Assembly: GCA_028819495.1 (NCBI GenBank)
Contig: JAPPLI010000149.1
Coordinates: 153 to 64,152, forward strand
DNA length: 64,000 nucleotides
Origin: Gammaproteobacteria bacterium
Lineage (GTDB): Bacteria; Pseudomonadota; Gammaproteobacteria; Eutrophobiales; Eutrophobiaceae
Reading direction: 5' to 3'
Every line of letters starts with the position of its first letter. The stretch's first letter is position 1. Shown one piece after another: positions 53,989 through 62,190 of this stretch. The position numbers and the translations under genes were made by a program. Below the pieces are notes generated by a model, which searched no databases, was not told the DNA's origin, and was given only the letters and a program-made list of their open reading frames with translations.

Positions 53989-54620
53989 GAGGAATAAACC
54001 GGCAGTATCAGCGCCCGGCTGAACACGTCATTCACCTGGTTGGTAAGCACTTCCAGTTTTGACTCAAGGAAGGTGTGCAATACGGCAAAACAGATTGCAA
54101 TGGACAGCCCTACTGCCGTTGTCAGTAACGCTTCCCAGATGCCGCTGGCAAGTGCAGCAGATTCCGCCGCTGAACCGGCGCTGCCTGCCAGGCCCCGGAA
54201 CGCATCAATCATGCCAAGAACAGTACCCAGCAGTCCGAGCACAGGCGCGAGGGTATAAATCAATTCGAGTATTCGGAGGTTCCTTGCATATTCACGTAAA
54301 AATTCCGATGAGCGCCGCAATATTTCATCGTAAAGATAATCGCTGTCCACCCTGGAGCGCTGTTCCAGTACAAAACGCAGGTCATGAGCTATCGCCAAAG
54401 ATGAACCGTCGATGATTTCAAGCGCGCTTTTCTGTTCTCCGCTGTGCCACTGTTCCACAGCCAGGTAAAGCCGCTTGAGTACCGGCTCACTTACTTTTGA
54501 GAACTGCTGAAATTTCCGCAGGGTCAACGCCAGCCCAAATACCGAGGCAACAAGCAAAATTGCTACTATCGGCCCTCCAAGCGCCAACAATGTTTGTATA
54601 TCTTCAAATATATCCAACAT
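53985..54620 (-). CDS. exbB: MotA/TolQ/ExbB proton-channel family protein
   Basis: 211 aa with three TM segments. It has the LGLLGTVLGMIDAF motif. Confidence 0.85.
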   Translation of the reverse strand: MLDIFEDIQTLLALGGPIVAILLVASVFGLALTLRKFQQFSKVSEPVLKRLYLAVEQWHSGEQKSALEIIDGSSLAIAHDLRFVLEQRSRVDSDYLYDEILRRSSEFLREYARNLRILELIYTLAPVLGLLGTVLGMIDAFRGLAGSAGSAAESAALASGIWEALLTTAVGLSIAICFAVLHTFLESKLEVLTNQVNDVFSRALILPVYSS

Positions 54621-54688
54621 AAAAACAGGTTTGTTTACGGTTTATGATTTGATGCCGAGCCTCTTTGTCAACACATTTGATTTATTAC

Positions 54689-54702
54689 TAGAAACGATTC
54701 TA
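54689..54702. promoter_or_regulatory. near-perfect 14-bp palindrome TAGAAACGATTCTA (candidate LacI-type operator)
   Basis: The 5-bp outer arms TAGAA/TTCTA are perfect. It lies about 70 nt upstream of the exbB start. Confidence 0.5.
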
Positions 54703-54846
54703 TACAAATATGCAGACCCTGTAAAACTCTATTCTCGTGTCAGCCGGACCTGGACAGGCGCCCGGGAATCTCCCTACCCATATGGCTGGAGAGTTAAGGA
54801 TGCTCCGGTCAAGTCCATCCAGGACTTTCAGAGTACGCAGTCAGCT

Positions 54847-55902
54847 TCAGTTGCTGCCGCGCAGTGGATTTCCAACCCGCTCGATGAACAGGTTGATGAA
54901 GCGGGGCCAGTCAAGCTCATACTGGACGTCCATCAACCCGGCTCCTTCGGCGCCGGGCCATAACTTGCGACCGCCAACCGATACCCCGTAGTTGATTCCA
55001 TGCTGGATATCAACATCGACGTATAACCGCTCCCTGGTAACGAGAGCAGGGTCAATGACGCTGGCTACCGCAATCTGGTCATACATGAAATAAATCCTGT
55101 CCGGCTCGTTTGCAAAGTGCTTTCCCAGCGTATCTTTCAGAAGCCGGGTCAGGGGGGTATCCGTTGCCACTATTTTTTCATACCAGTCTCTGGTTAATGA
55201 ACTTTTCCGGGATACATTGAGCGGAGACAAATCAATCGGGATGCCTGATCGAAGCGTGGTATACGCGGCTTCCGGGTCTACCCAGAAATTAAATTCTGCG
55301 TTCGGCGTAATATTGCCGCTGCCATCCGGAAGCATTGCTATCGCTCCCCCCATGATAACCATTCGCTTCACATTCTTCGCAAAATCGGCATTAGTCCGAA
55401 TAGCCTGGGCAACGTTGGTCAACGGGCCGATGGCAACAAGCGTGATATCCCCCGGGTTTTCCAGAACCGTTTTGACCATAAAAGACACTGCACTTTCAGC
55501 TTCCGCTTTTTTATCGGCATAACCGCCTGGAGGGACAGGTGGATGTTCGTTTGAATACCACCGGCCGTATTCACGCACTGCAAAATCACTCTTTTCATGA
55601 ACCAGCGGCATATCCGCACCCCTGTATACCGGAATCTCGGCCTGCTGCGCTATTTCAAGCATGCGTAAAACGTCCGATGTAGCGCGTTCCACGCTGTCGT
55701 TGCCGGCTACGGTGGTAATGCCCAGGATCTCAATCTCCGGAGACTGCAACGCCAGCATCAACGCCATACTGTCATCGTGAGGGGGCATCACGAAATCGGT
55801 ATCGAAAATAATTCTGGTGCGTTCCTCACTTTGCGCAATGCCGGGAACCACGGAAGAGAGCAGAAAAACAGCTATAAATAAAGTCAGTAACTTTCTTGAC
55901 AT
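54847..55902 (-). CDS. secreted inosine-uridine-preferring nucleoside hydrolase family protein (atypical Asp motif)
   Basis: It has a signal peptide MSRKLLTLFIAVFLLSSVVPGIAQ. The N-terminal IIFDTDFVMPPHDDSMAL resembles the DxDxxxDD motif but carries an insertion. The length is typical of the IUNH family. Confidence 0.75.
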   Translation of the reverse strand: MSRKLLTLFIAVFLLSSVVPGIAQSEERTRIIFDTDFVMPPHDDSMALMLALQSPEIEILGITTVAGNDSVERATSDVLRMLEIAQQAEIPVYRGADMPLVHEKSDFAVREYGRWYSNEHPPVPPGGYADKKAEAESAVSFMVKTVLENPGDITLVAIGPLTNVAQAIRTNADFAKNVKRMVIMGGAIAMLPDGSGNITPNAEFNFWVDPEAAYTTLRSGIPIDLSPLNVSRKSSLTRDWYEKIVATDTPLTRLLKDTLGKHFANEPDRIYFMYDQIAVASVIDPALVTRERLYVDVDIQHGINYGVSVGGRKLWPGAEGAGLMDVQYELDWPRFINLFIERVGNPLRGSN

Positions 55903-55996
55903 GACCCCTCCTGTATGAACGGCAATCGAGAAGACCTTATGTAATAATATGTGCCTTGTGGACTATCTTGCAAATATTATCCGGGCAGCGGGCATC

Positions 55997-56968
55997 ATGC
56001 GACAAACATTGAAATCTCTGGCAACCTTGCTGTACCTGTCTGTTGCGATATCCTGCAGTGATTCCGAACAGGCGGCTCAAGGTTCCGGCCAAGGTCAACC
56101 AGGACCGGACCGGACGACCATTGCGCTCATCATGAAATCTCTCGCAAATGAATTTTTTGTCACTATGGCAGAAGGAGCAAGGGCACACCAGACAGCGAAC
56201 CGGGAACGTTACCACCTGGTAATCAACGGCATCAAGAATGAAGTGGACCTCGCCCAGCAGGTTGCGCTGATTGACCAGATGATAGCATCGAACGTGGATG
56301 CCATCGTCATCTCACCTGCGGACTCAAAAGCAGTTGTCCCCGCGCTGGCGCGGGCGGACGCGGCCGGCATTATCATTATCAACATAGATAACCGGCTGGA
56401 TAAAAACATACTCCGCGACTATGACCTGAGGATTCCGTTTGTCGGACCGGATAATTTCCAGGGCGCGGAAATGGCGGGAAAATACCTGGCGTCAAAACTG
56501 GCAGCCGGTGACCAGGTAGCCATACTGGAGGGCGTGACTACAGCGTTTAATTCGCAGCGGCGAACGGCGGGGTTCCGAAAAGCAATGACTGACGCGGGTA
56601 TGAATATCGTGACGCAACAAAGTGCGCAGTGGGATCAGACACGGGCAGCTACGGTGACAGCCGCTATCCTGGTGCAATATCCTGACCTGGCTGCGATTTT
56701 GTGCAGCAATGACAACATGGCGCTCGGCGCGGCGGCGGCTGTTTCACAAGCCGGCAAGGAAGATCAGGTGAAAATTGTCGGGTTTGACAATATTACCGCA
56801 ATACATGACCACATCAGGGGAGAAAGCGTGCTGGCGACCATAGACCAGCATGCAGACTTGCTGGCCGTGTATGGCATCGAATTCGCGCTTGATGCCTTAA
56901 GTTCCGATGTGCCGCTGGAAGACAAGACCACTCCCGTTGACCTGATAACCAGAGCCTCCTTGGATTAA
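55997..56968 (+). CDS. periplasmic sugar-binding lipoprotein (ribose/RbsB-like type I binding protein), orphan
   Basis: I moved the start to MRQTLKSLATLLYLSVAISC, which has a lipobox-like AISC. The sequence is Peripla_BP-like (IALIMKSLANEFF...). No permease or ATPase gene lies next to it. Confidence 0.8.
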   Translation: MRQTLKSLATLLYLSVAISCSDSEQAAQGSGQGQPGPDRTTIALIMKSLANEFFVTMAEGARAHQTANRERYHLVINGIKNEVDLAQQVALIDQMIASNVDAIVISPADSKAVVPALARADAAGIIIINIDNRLDKNILRDYDLRIPFVGPDNFQGAEMAGKYLASKLAAGDQVAILEGVTTAFNSQRRTAGFRKAMTDAGMNIVTQQSAQWDQTRAATVTAAILVQYPDLAAILCSNDNMALGAAAAVSQAGKEDQVKIVGFDNITAIHDHIRGESVLATIDQHADLLAVYGIEFALDALSSDVPLEDKTTPVDLITRASLD

Positions 56969-57046
56969 CCGGGCCATGGCGGCGGCACAGTACAGGCCAG
57001 GCCAACACGGTCGGGCTGATATATATCTCAATGCTTGCCGGGCTAC

Positions 57047-57075
57047 TTGACAGAACTGGCTGCCTATGATTTAAT
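57047..57075 (+). promoter_or_regulatory. candidate sigma70 promoter TTGACA-17 nt-TTTAAT upstream of the AAA ATPase gene
   Basis: Read directly from the sequence; the -10 ends 30 nt before the ATG at 57105. Confidence 0.4.
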
Positions 57076-57104
57076 TGTTGAATATCTTATTATAAAAGTC
57101 AGAT

Positions 57105-58274
57105 ATGCAACATTATATAGAACGAAAGGACCTGCTTTCCGCTGTTACCGAGAGTCTCTCCGAGGCGCCGGTGGTGGCCTTGCTCGGGGCTCGCCAGGTA
57201 GGCAAGACTACTCTGGCAGAGCAGGTGGCGTCTTCATGGCCAGGCCCGTCCACGGTTTTCGACCTCGAGGTCGCCGTGACGCGGGAAGCGTTGTCCATGA
57301 CGCCCGAGAAACTGCTGCGTGAGAGCGAAGGCCTGGTTATTCTCGACGAAGTGCAACGGATGCCGGCGCTTTTTGAAATACTGCGCCCGATCTGTGACAG
57401 TGGGCACCGGAAAGCAGTCTATCTGTTGTTGGGTAGCGCCTCTCTGGACTTGATCAAGGGGGTATCTGAAACGCTGGCCGGACGGATTCTCTTTGTGGAT
57501 GTAGGAGGCTTCTCACTGGCCGAGGTGGGCACACAAAACCAGGACAGCCTTTGGATGCGGGGCGGTTTCCCACGAGCCTGGCTGGCGCCGTCAACGCCGG
57601 CGTGGACACGCTGGATGCAGTCGTTTACGCGCACGTTTCTGGAACGTGATATTCCCGGGCTGGGGTCGAAGGTTTCTCCTGAGGCGTTGGGCCGCTTCTG
57701 GAGGATGCTGGCACACTATCACGGACAAACCTGGAATGCTGCGGAGGTGGGACGCTCAATGGACGTGAGCGTTACCGCGGTAAACCACTACCGCGACCTG
57801 CTTACAGGTTCTTTCATGCTGCGTGTTCTGCCACCCTGGTACGAGAGACTGGGCAAGCGCTTAACCAAGGCGCCCAAGGTATTCCTGCGCGACAGCGGAA
57901 TCCTGCACTTCCTGCTGGGACTGGAAGAAATGACGGAGTTGCAGCTACACCCGCGCTATGGAGCCAGTTGGGAAGGGTTCGCCCTGGAGCAAACGCTTAT
58001 CGCGCATGGTGAACGCGAGGCTTATTTCTACAGGACCCAGCGCGGCGCGGAACTTGACCTGATGTTGTTGCGGCGGGGGCGGCGTTGGGGCTTCGAGTTC
58101 AAATGCACCGACGCGCCGCGCACGACAAAATCCATGCACGTAGTCATCGAAGACCTGGGGCTGGAGCGTTTATGGGTAGTCTATCCCGGTGAGCAGGAAT
58201 ATCCTCTGACTGATGCGATCACTGCGCTACCACTAAAAAAGATTCATGGTATCGAACTGCAGCCGGGATCATGA
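57105..58274 (+). CDS. AAA+ ATPase, AAA_14 + DUF4143-type (COG1373-like)
   Basis: 389 aa. It has a Walker A motif GARQVGKTTL and a Walker B motif LVILDEVQ. The C-terminal part resembles DUF4143 (YRTQRGAELDLML). Confidence 0.8.
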   Translation: MQHYIERKDLLSAVTESLSEAPVVALLGARQVGKTTLAEQVASSWPGPSTVFDLEVAVTREALSMTPEKLLRESEGLVILDEVQRMPALFEILRPICDSGHRKAVYLLLGSASLDLIKGVSETLAGRILFVDVGGFSLAEVGTQNQDSLWMRGGFPRAWLAPSTPAWTRWMQSFTRTFLERDIPGLGSKVSPEALGRFWRMLAHYHGQTWNAAEVGRSMDVSVTAVNHYRDLLTGSFMLRVLPPWYERLGKRLTKAPKVFLRDSGILHFLLGLEEMTELQLHPRYGASWEGFALEQTLIAHGEREAYFYRTQRGAELDLMLLRRGRRWGFEFKCTDAPRTTKSMHVVIEDLGLERLWVVYPGEQEYPLTDAITALPLKKIHGIELQPGS

Positions 58275-58373
58275 CCCAACATTGCAATACCATGAAATAT
58301 CGGTAGTTATAACCGAATTTTCAGGGTAATGCAGAGAGCATGATCGTTATGAAAACCCTGTCCCCTTTCGGCG

Positions 58374-58427
58374 TCAACTAATCAAATCATCCATAAAGTC
58401 TTGACCACCAATACCCTGTCCCTGATC
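58374..58427 (-). pseudogene. relic of a parD-family antitoxin 3' end (encodes ...DQGQGIGGQDFMDDLIS*)
   Basis: It aligns codon for codon with the 3' end of the intact parD at 16934-16987 ([17 protein letters not shown]). An in-frame stop lies at 58428-58430. The adjacent TTCGGCGTCA matches the parE-start/parD-stop junction TTCGGCATCA, with the parE ATG destroyed. Confidence 0.6.
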
Positions 58428-58446
58428 TTACCTGTGGCTATTGTAG

Positions 58447-59832
58447 CTACCTGTATCCGGTAAAATCCGCTCCCGGCGCTATGTTCGGGTATCTTTGATA
58501 ACTCCTGGTCAAGTCACCGATGATCTGCTGGATCGGACCATAAGCCCATGCAGTTTCCACAAAGATGTCATTTACTTCCCCGGGATCATTTACCACATCG
58601 TACATGGGTGGAAACACATAGGATTGAACAGGCGCCTTTACCAGCTTTTCAATGGTTTTGAAGTGGACTTTCAATGTTCTCCACTTGACCGAGAACAAAT
58701 CATTGCCGATATAGAACACTATATGTTCCCGCTTTGATTTGTCTGCGCCAAGCAAAAAAGAAGTTTGATCAACACCATCCATTGGCCGGTCTTCGGGTAT
58801 TCTCCTGCTTTCACCAGCTATGTTTGCAATGGTCGGCATCCAGTCCAGGGATGCAAAAATTTCATTGGATACTCGTCCTGCCTTGATTTTCCCGGGCCAG
58901 CGTACCATTCCCGGGGTACGCAAGCCTCCTTCATAACCCGTAAACCCGCCTCGCCAAGGGCCGTTGGAACCACCACCAAACGCTTCAGGGTCGGTGCCGT
59001 TATCGCCCGTTAATATGACGAGCGTATCATTTCTCAATCCTGCTTTATCTACGGCATCCAGAACACGACCGATGTTGTAGTCAAGTTCAGTAATAATGTC
59101 GGCGTAGGTACCGGCACGGGAGATGTTCTTGAATTCAGGATGAACCATCATGGGTGGATGTATCTGGGTGAGACCGACAAACAGGAAAAACGGACTCTTG
59201 TTGTTTTCCTGACGGGCAATAAATTTTTCTGATCTCTCTACGATTTCTCTATCTATGATTTTTCGGGCGTCCAAATCGAATGGTTTGACCTTTATTGCCT
59301 GTTTTCCCTTCGTTCCCTGCCAGATGAACGGCTCCGGGAATATAGCGGGATCGAATTGCGGCGTGGATGAGTAGTCTGCTTCCGTTGAATTTTTAATGCC
59401 GTACCACTCATCAAAACCCTGGTCGGTTGGCAAGCGGCTGTCGATTTCGCCTAAATGCCACTTCCCGTATAGCGTTGTTTGATAACCGGAATCCGACAAC
59501 AGCTCTGCAAGGGTATATTCCCAGGGCGCCAGGCCATAGGGCGCGCCGATAGTCACCCTGTGAGTGCCGGATCGTATGGGCAACCGTCCGGTCATGATCG
59601 CGGACCTGGTCGGTGTGCACTGGACTTCGACGTTGAAATTGGTCAGCCGCAGGCCTTCGGATGCCAGTGAATCGATACGCGGTGTCGGCACCATCCCGCC
59701 CTGCACGGATATGTCTCCCCAACCCCAGTTATCGACCAGTATATAGACAATGTTGGGCCTGTCGGCCTGACCATAGGACAGGCTGCCTGCAACCATCAGG
59801 AGTACTGCCGTCATCAATCTGCGGGTGACCAT
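58447..59832 (-). CDS. arylsulfatase (Cys-type, formylglycine-dependent)
   Basis: It has a signal peptide, the motif CTPTRSAIMTGR (CxPxR), and an N-terminal VDNWGWGD metal-site region. Confidence 0.9.
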   Translation of the reverse strand: MVTRRLMTAVLLMVAGSLSYGQADRPNIVYILVDNWGWGDISVQGGMVPTPRIDSLASEGLRLTNFNVEVQCTPTRSAIMTGRLPIRSGTHRVTIGAPYGLAPWEYTLAELLSDSGYQTTLYGKWHLGEIDSRLPTDQGFDEWYGIKNSTEADYSSTPQFDPAIFPEPFIWQGTKGKQAIKVKPFDLDARKIIDREIVERSEKFIARQENNKSPFFLFVGLTQIHPPMMVHPEFKNISRAGTYADIITELDYNIGRVLDAVDKAGLRNDTLVILTGDNGTDPEAFGGGSNGPWRGGFTGYEGGLRTPGMVRWPGKIKAGRVSNEIFASLDWMPTIANIAGESRRIPEDRPMDGVDQTSFLLGADKSKREHIVFYIGNDLFSVKWRTLKVHFKTIEKLVKAPVQSYVFPPMYDVVNDPGEVNDIFVETAWAYGPIQQIIGDLTRSYQRYPNIAPGADFTGYR

Positions 59833-59920
59833 AGTAAAGGGCCCATATCTTTATGTGTCGTTTGCCATCGTCCCTGATGCAAAAGCGAAATTCCAAACAG
59901 TTTATCGCGGAGCTTGCCGC

Positions 59921-62113
59921 TCAGAAATTATATCTCAGCTCCACCCCGTAGGTGCGCGGGGCGCCCCTGGAGGCACGTAAACCGGAGCCATTGGCAACGA
60001 CATCATCAAAATAATCTTCATCGGTAAGATTATTTCCGTACGCTGACACTTCCCAGTGCTCATCGGGCATGTAGCTCAGTCTCGCTGTGAGAAGACCATA
60101 GTCATCCTGCCTTAATGGAGCCATATCGGCTTCGGCGACAAAGTCAAAGAGATAACTATCCTTGTGCGAATACGTGACTACCAGGGGCATACTTGCGTTA
60201 TTCCAGGTGAATTCATAGGCCATGGAAGCGAATATTGAAAAATCCGGCGCTCTTAACAAGGACTCACCGCTGGCATCGATACCTATAGTTCCGGTCCCGG
60301 GCGTACCGCCAAAACCCCGGGCAGCCGCGTCGAAATCAGTATATTCGCTATCCAGGTAGTTGAATCCACCGGTTAAAGTCAATTTGTCCGTTACCAGCCA
60401 GGTGAAATCCATGTCTATGCCCCAGATTTCCGCTTCAGCCGCATTTTCCGTAGTTGCCGTTGCGCCGGCCCCCTCGGATGCCCTTGTTACCTGCAGGTCC
60501 TTATAATCATAGTAAAAAACAGCAGCATTCAAACGCAGTTGGTTATCCAGGAATTCTCCTTTCATCCCCAATTCAAACATGTCAAGGATTTCCGGCTTCA
60601 GGGGTTGTCCACCGACAGCCGGATAATTGAATCCGCCACTTTTAAATCCCCTCGCATAGGTAAAGTAATACATGACATCATCAAGATTGTACTCGAGTGT
60701 GGCCTTTGGTGTGAACTCGGTCCAGGAGTCCTTCTGCGCAAACGGCATTGCACCACCTCCAAAAGTAAATCCGGCATCCGGAGAGACGACCACCAGGGCA
60801 TCTTTTTCATCGTCGCTGTAACGGCCGCCGGCAGTCAGCGACCAGCGGTCGTTTATGTCCCATGTCGCCTGGCCGAAAACGGCCCATGAATCTGATTCAA
60901 CTGTCTGGAATCCCTGCGAGAACACAAAACCGTTAATATCTATTATGAGATCCAGGTCCGATTCTTCGGAAAAGTAATAAGCGCCCGCTATCCATTGCAG
61001 GTTACTGTCGTTGTTTGAGATTAACTGGATTTCCTGTGACACGTTGTTGACAAAATCATCCCCGCCTATTACGTCAAACAGCGCCGATGTGCCGTCTCCG
61101 TCCGTGACAAATGTATTATCCAGGTCCGTAAAGGTTGTAATTGATATGAGGTCGACGCCTTCGAGAGCGACATCGAAACGCAGGCTGCCTGAGAACTCTT
61201 CTCCCTTGTTTTTGTCGGTCCGGGCCGTTGCAACTTCGTCATCAGCCGTGGCCGTTACGCCTAAAACGCTCAAAAGACTGAGTCCGGGAGGACTGAGATT
61301 GGTGATATCGTTCCCCAGGTTATCATCACGTTGCCAGTAGTTCAGCGTAACGCGGGCAGTTACATTACCGGTAACGTCCCAACGAAACTTTCCGCGAAAA
61401 GCCTGGTAATCTTCATCGTCAAGTTCCGAGACTCCACCGGGGAAAATATTATCGGCATACCCATCGCGCCACTTGGCCAGTGCGCTCAGCCTTACCCCGA
61501 AATTATCGGATAAAGGAAGACTGACTGTACCGGAGAGTTTAACAGCATCGAAATTGCCATAGCCGGCGCTGATACTTCCCTCAAATTCGTCAGCCACATC
61601 TTTGGTGATTACCCTTATGGCGCCGCCAGTAGCATTTCTGCCATACAGGGTTCCCTGCGGCCCCTTCAGTACTTCCACCCGCTCAACATCGGCAAATTCG
61701 ATGGTTGATGCAGTCGCCCTCGACAGGTAACGATCATCCTGATAGGTCGCAACGCTCGGCTCAAGACCATTCAGCGCCAGCCGGGTGCCGACGCCGCGCA
61801 GAAAAGGCTGGGCGCTGTTTGCAGTGTTGTTGAAAACCAGGCCGGGAGTTGTCGCCTGCAATGCCTGGGTATTGGAAATACCAAAATCACGCATGGCTTC
61901 CCCGGTAAATGCAGTGACCGCAATGGGCACATCCTGTAGGCTTTGGGCGCGTTTCTCAGCCGTAACAACGACTTCCTCCAGTACACGCGACCCGGTGCCT
62001 GTTTCACCGGTTTGCGCGGATGCATCCTGAACACCGACAGGCCCTGCAAATACAACTGCGATACCGCCAATAAAGGATGTCCACTTTGAACCGCTTTTCT
62101 TGTGTTGCTGCAT
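59921..62113 (-). CDS. TonB-dependent outer-membrane receptor
   Basis: 730 aa with a signal peptide. The plug region reads EEVVVTAEKR...VEVLKGPQGTLYGRNATGGAI, and the C-terminal barrel ends in RYNF. Confidence 0.9.
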   Translation of the reverse strand: MQQHKKSGSKWTSFIGGIAVVFAGPVGVQDASAQTGETGTGSRVLEEVVVTAEKRAQSLQDVPIAVTAFTGEAMRDFGISNTQALQATTPGLVFNNTANSAQPFLRGVGTRLALNGLEPSVATYQDDRYLSRATASTIEFADVERVEVLKGPQGTLYGRNATGGAIRVITKDVADEFEGSISAGYGNFDAVKLSGTVSLPLSDNFGVRLSALAKWRDGYADNIFPGGVSELDDEDYQAFRGKFRWDVTGNVTARVTLNYWQRDDNLGNDITNLSPPGLSLLSVLGVTATADDEVATARTDKNKGEEFSGSLRFDVALEGVDLISITTFTDLDNTFVTDGDGTSALFDVIGGDDFVNNVSQEIQLISNNDSNLQWIAGAYYFSEESDLDLIIDINGFVFSQGFQTVESDSWAVFGQATWDINDRWSLTAGGRYSDDEKDALVVVSPDAGFTFGGGAMPFAQKDSWTEFTPKATLEYNLDDVMYYFTYARGFKSGGFNYPAVGGQPLKPEILDMFELGMKGEFLDNQLRLNAAVFYYDYKDLQVTRASEGAGATATTENAAEAEIWGIDMDFTWLVTDKLTLTGGFNYLDSEYTDFDAAARGFGGTPGTGTIGIDASGESLLRAPDFSIFASMAYEFTWNNASMPLVVTYSHKDSYLFDFVAEADMAPLRQDDYGLLTARLSYMPDEHWEVSAYGNNLTDEDYFDDVVANGSGLRASRGAPRTYGVELRYNF

Positions 62114-62190
62114 GGTCTTTCCCCCTTAAGTTTATGCTCTTTCGATAATAGTACGAGTTAACAGAATCTCTCAATAAAGTCTATTCCCGG

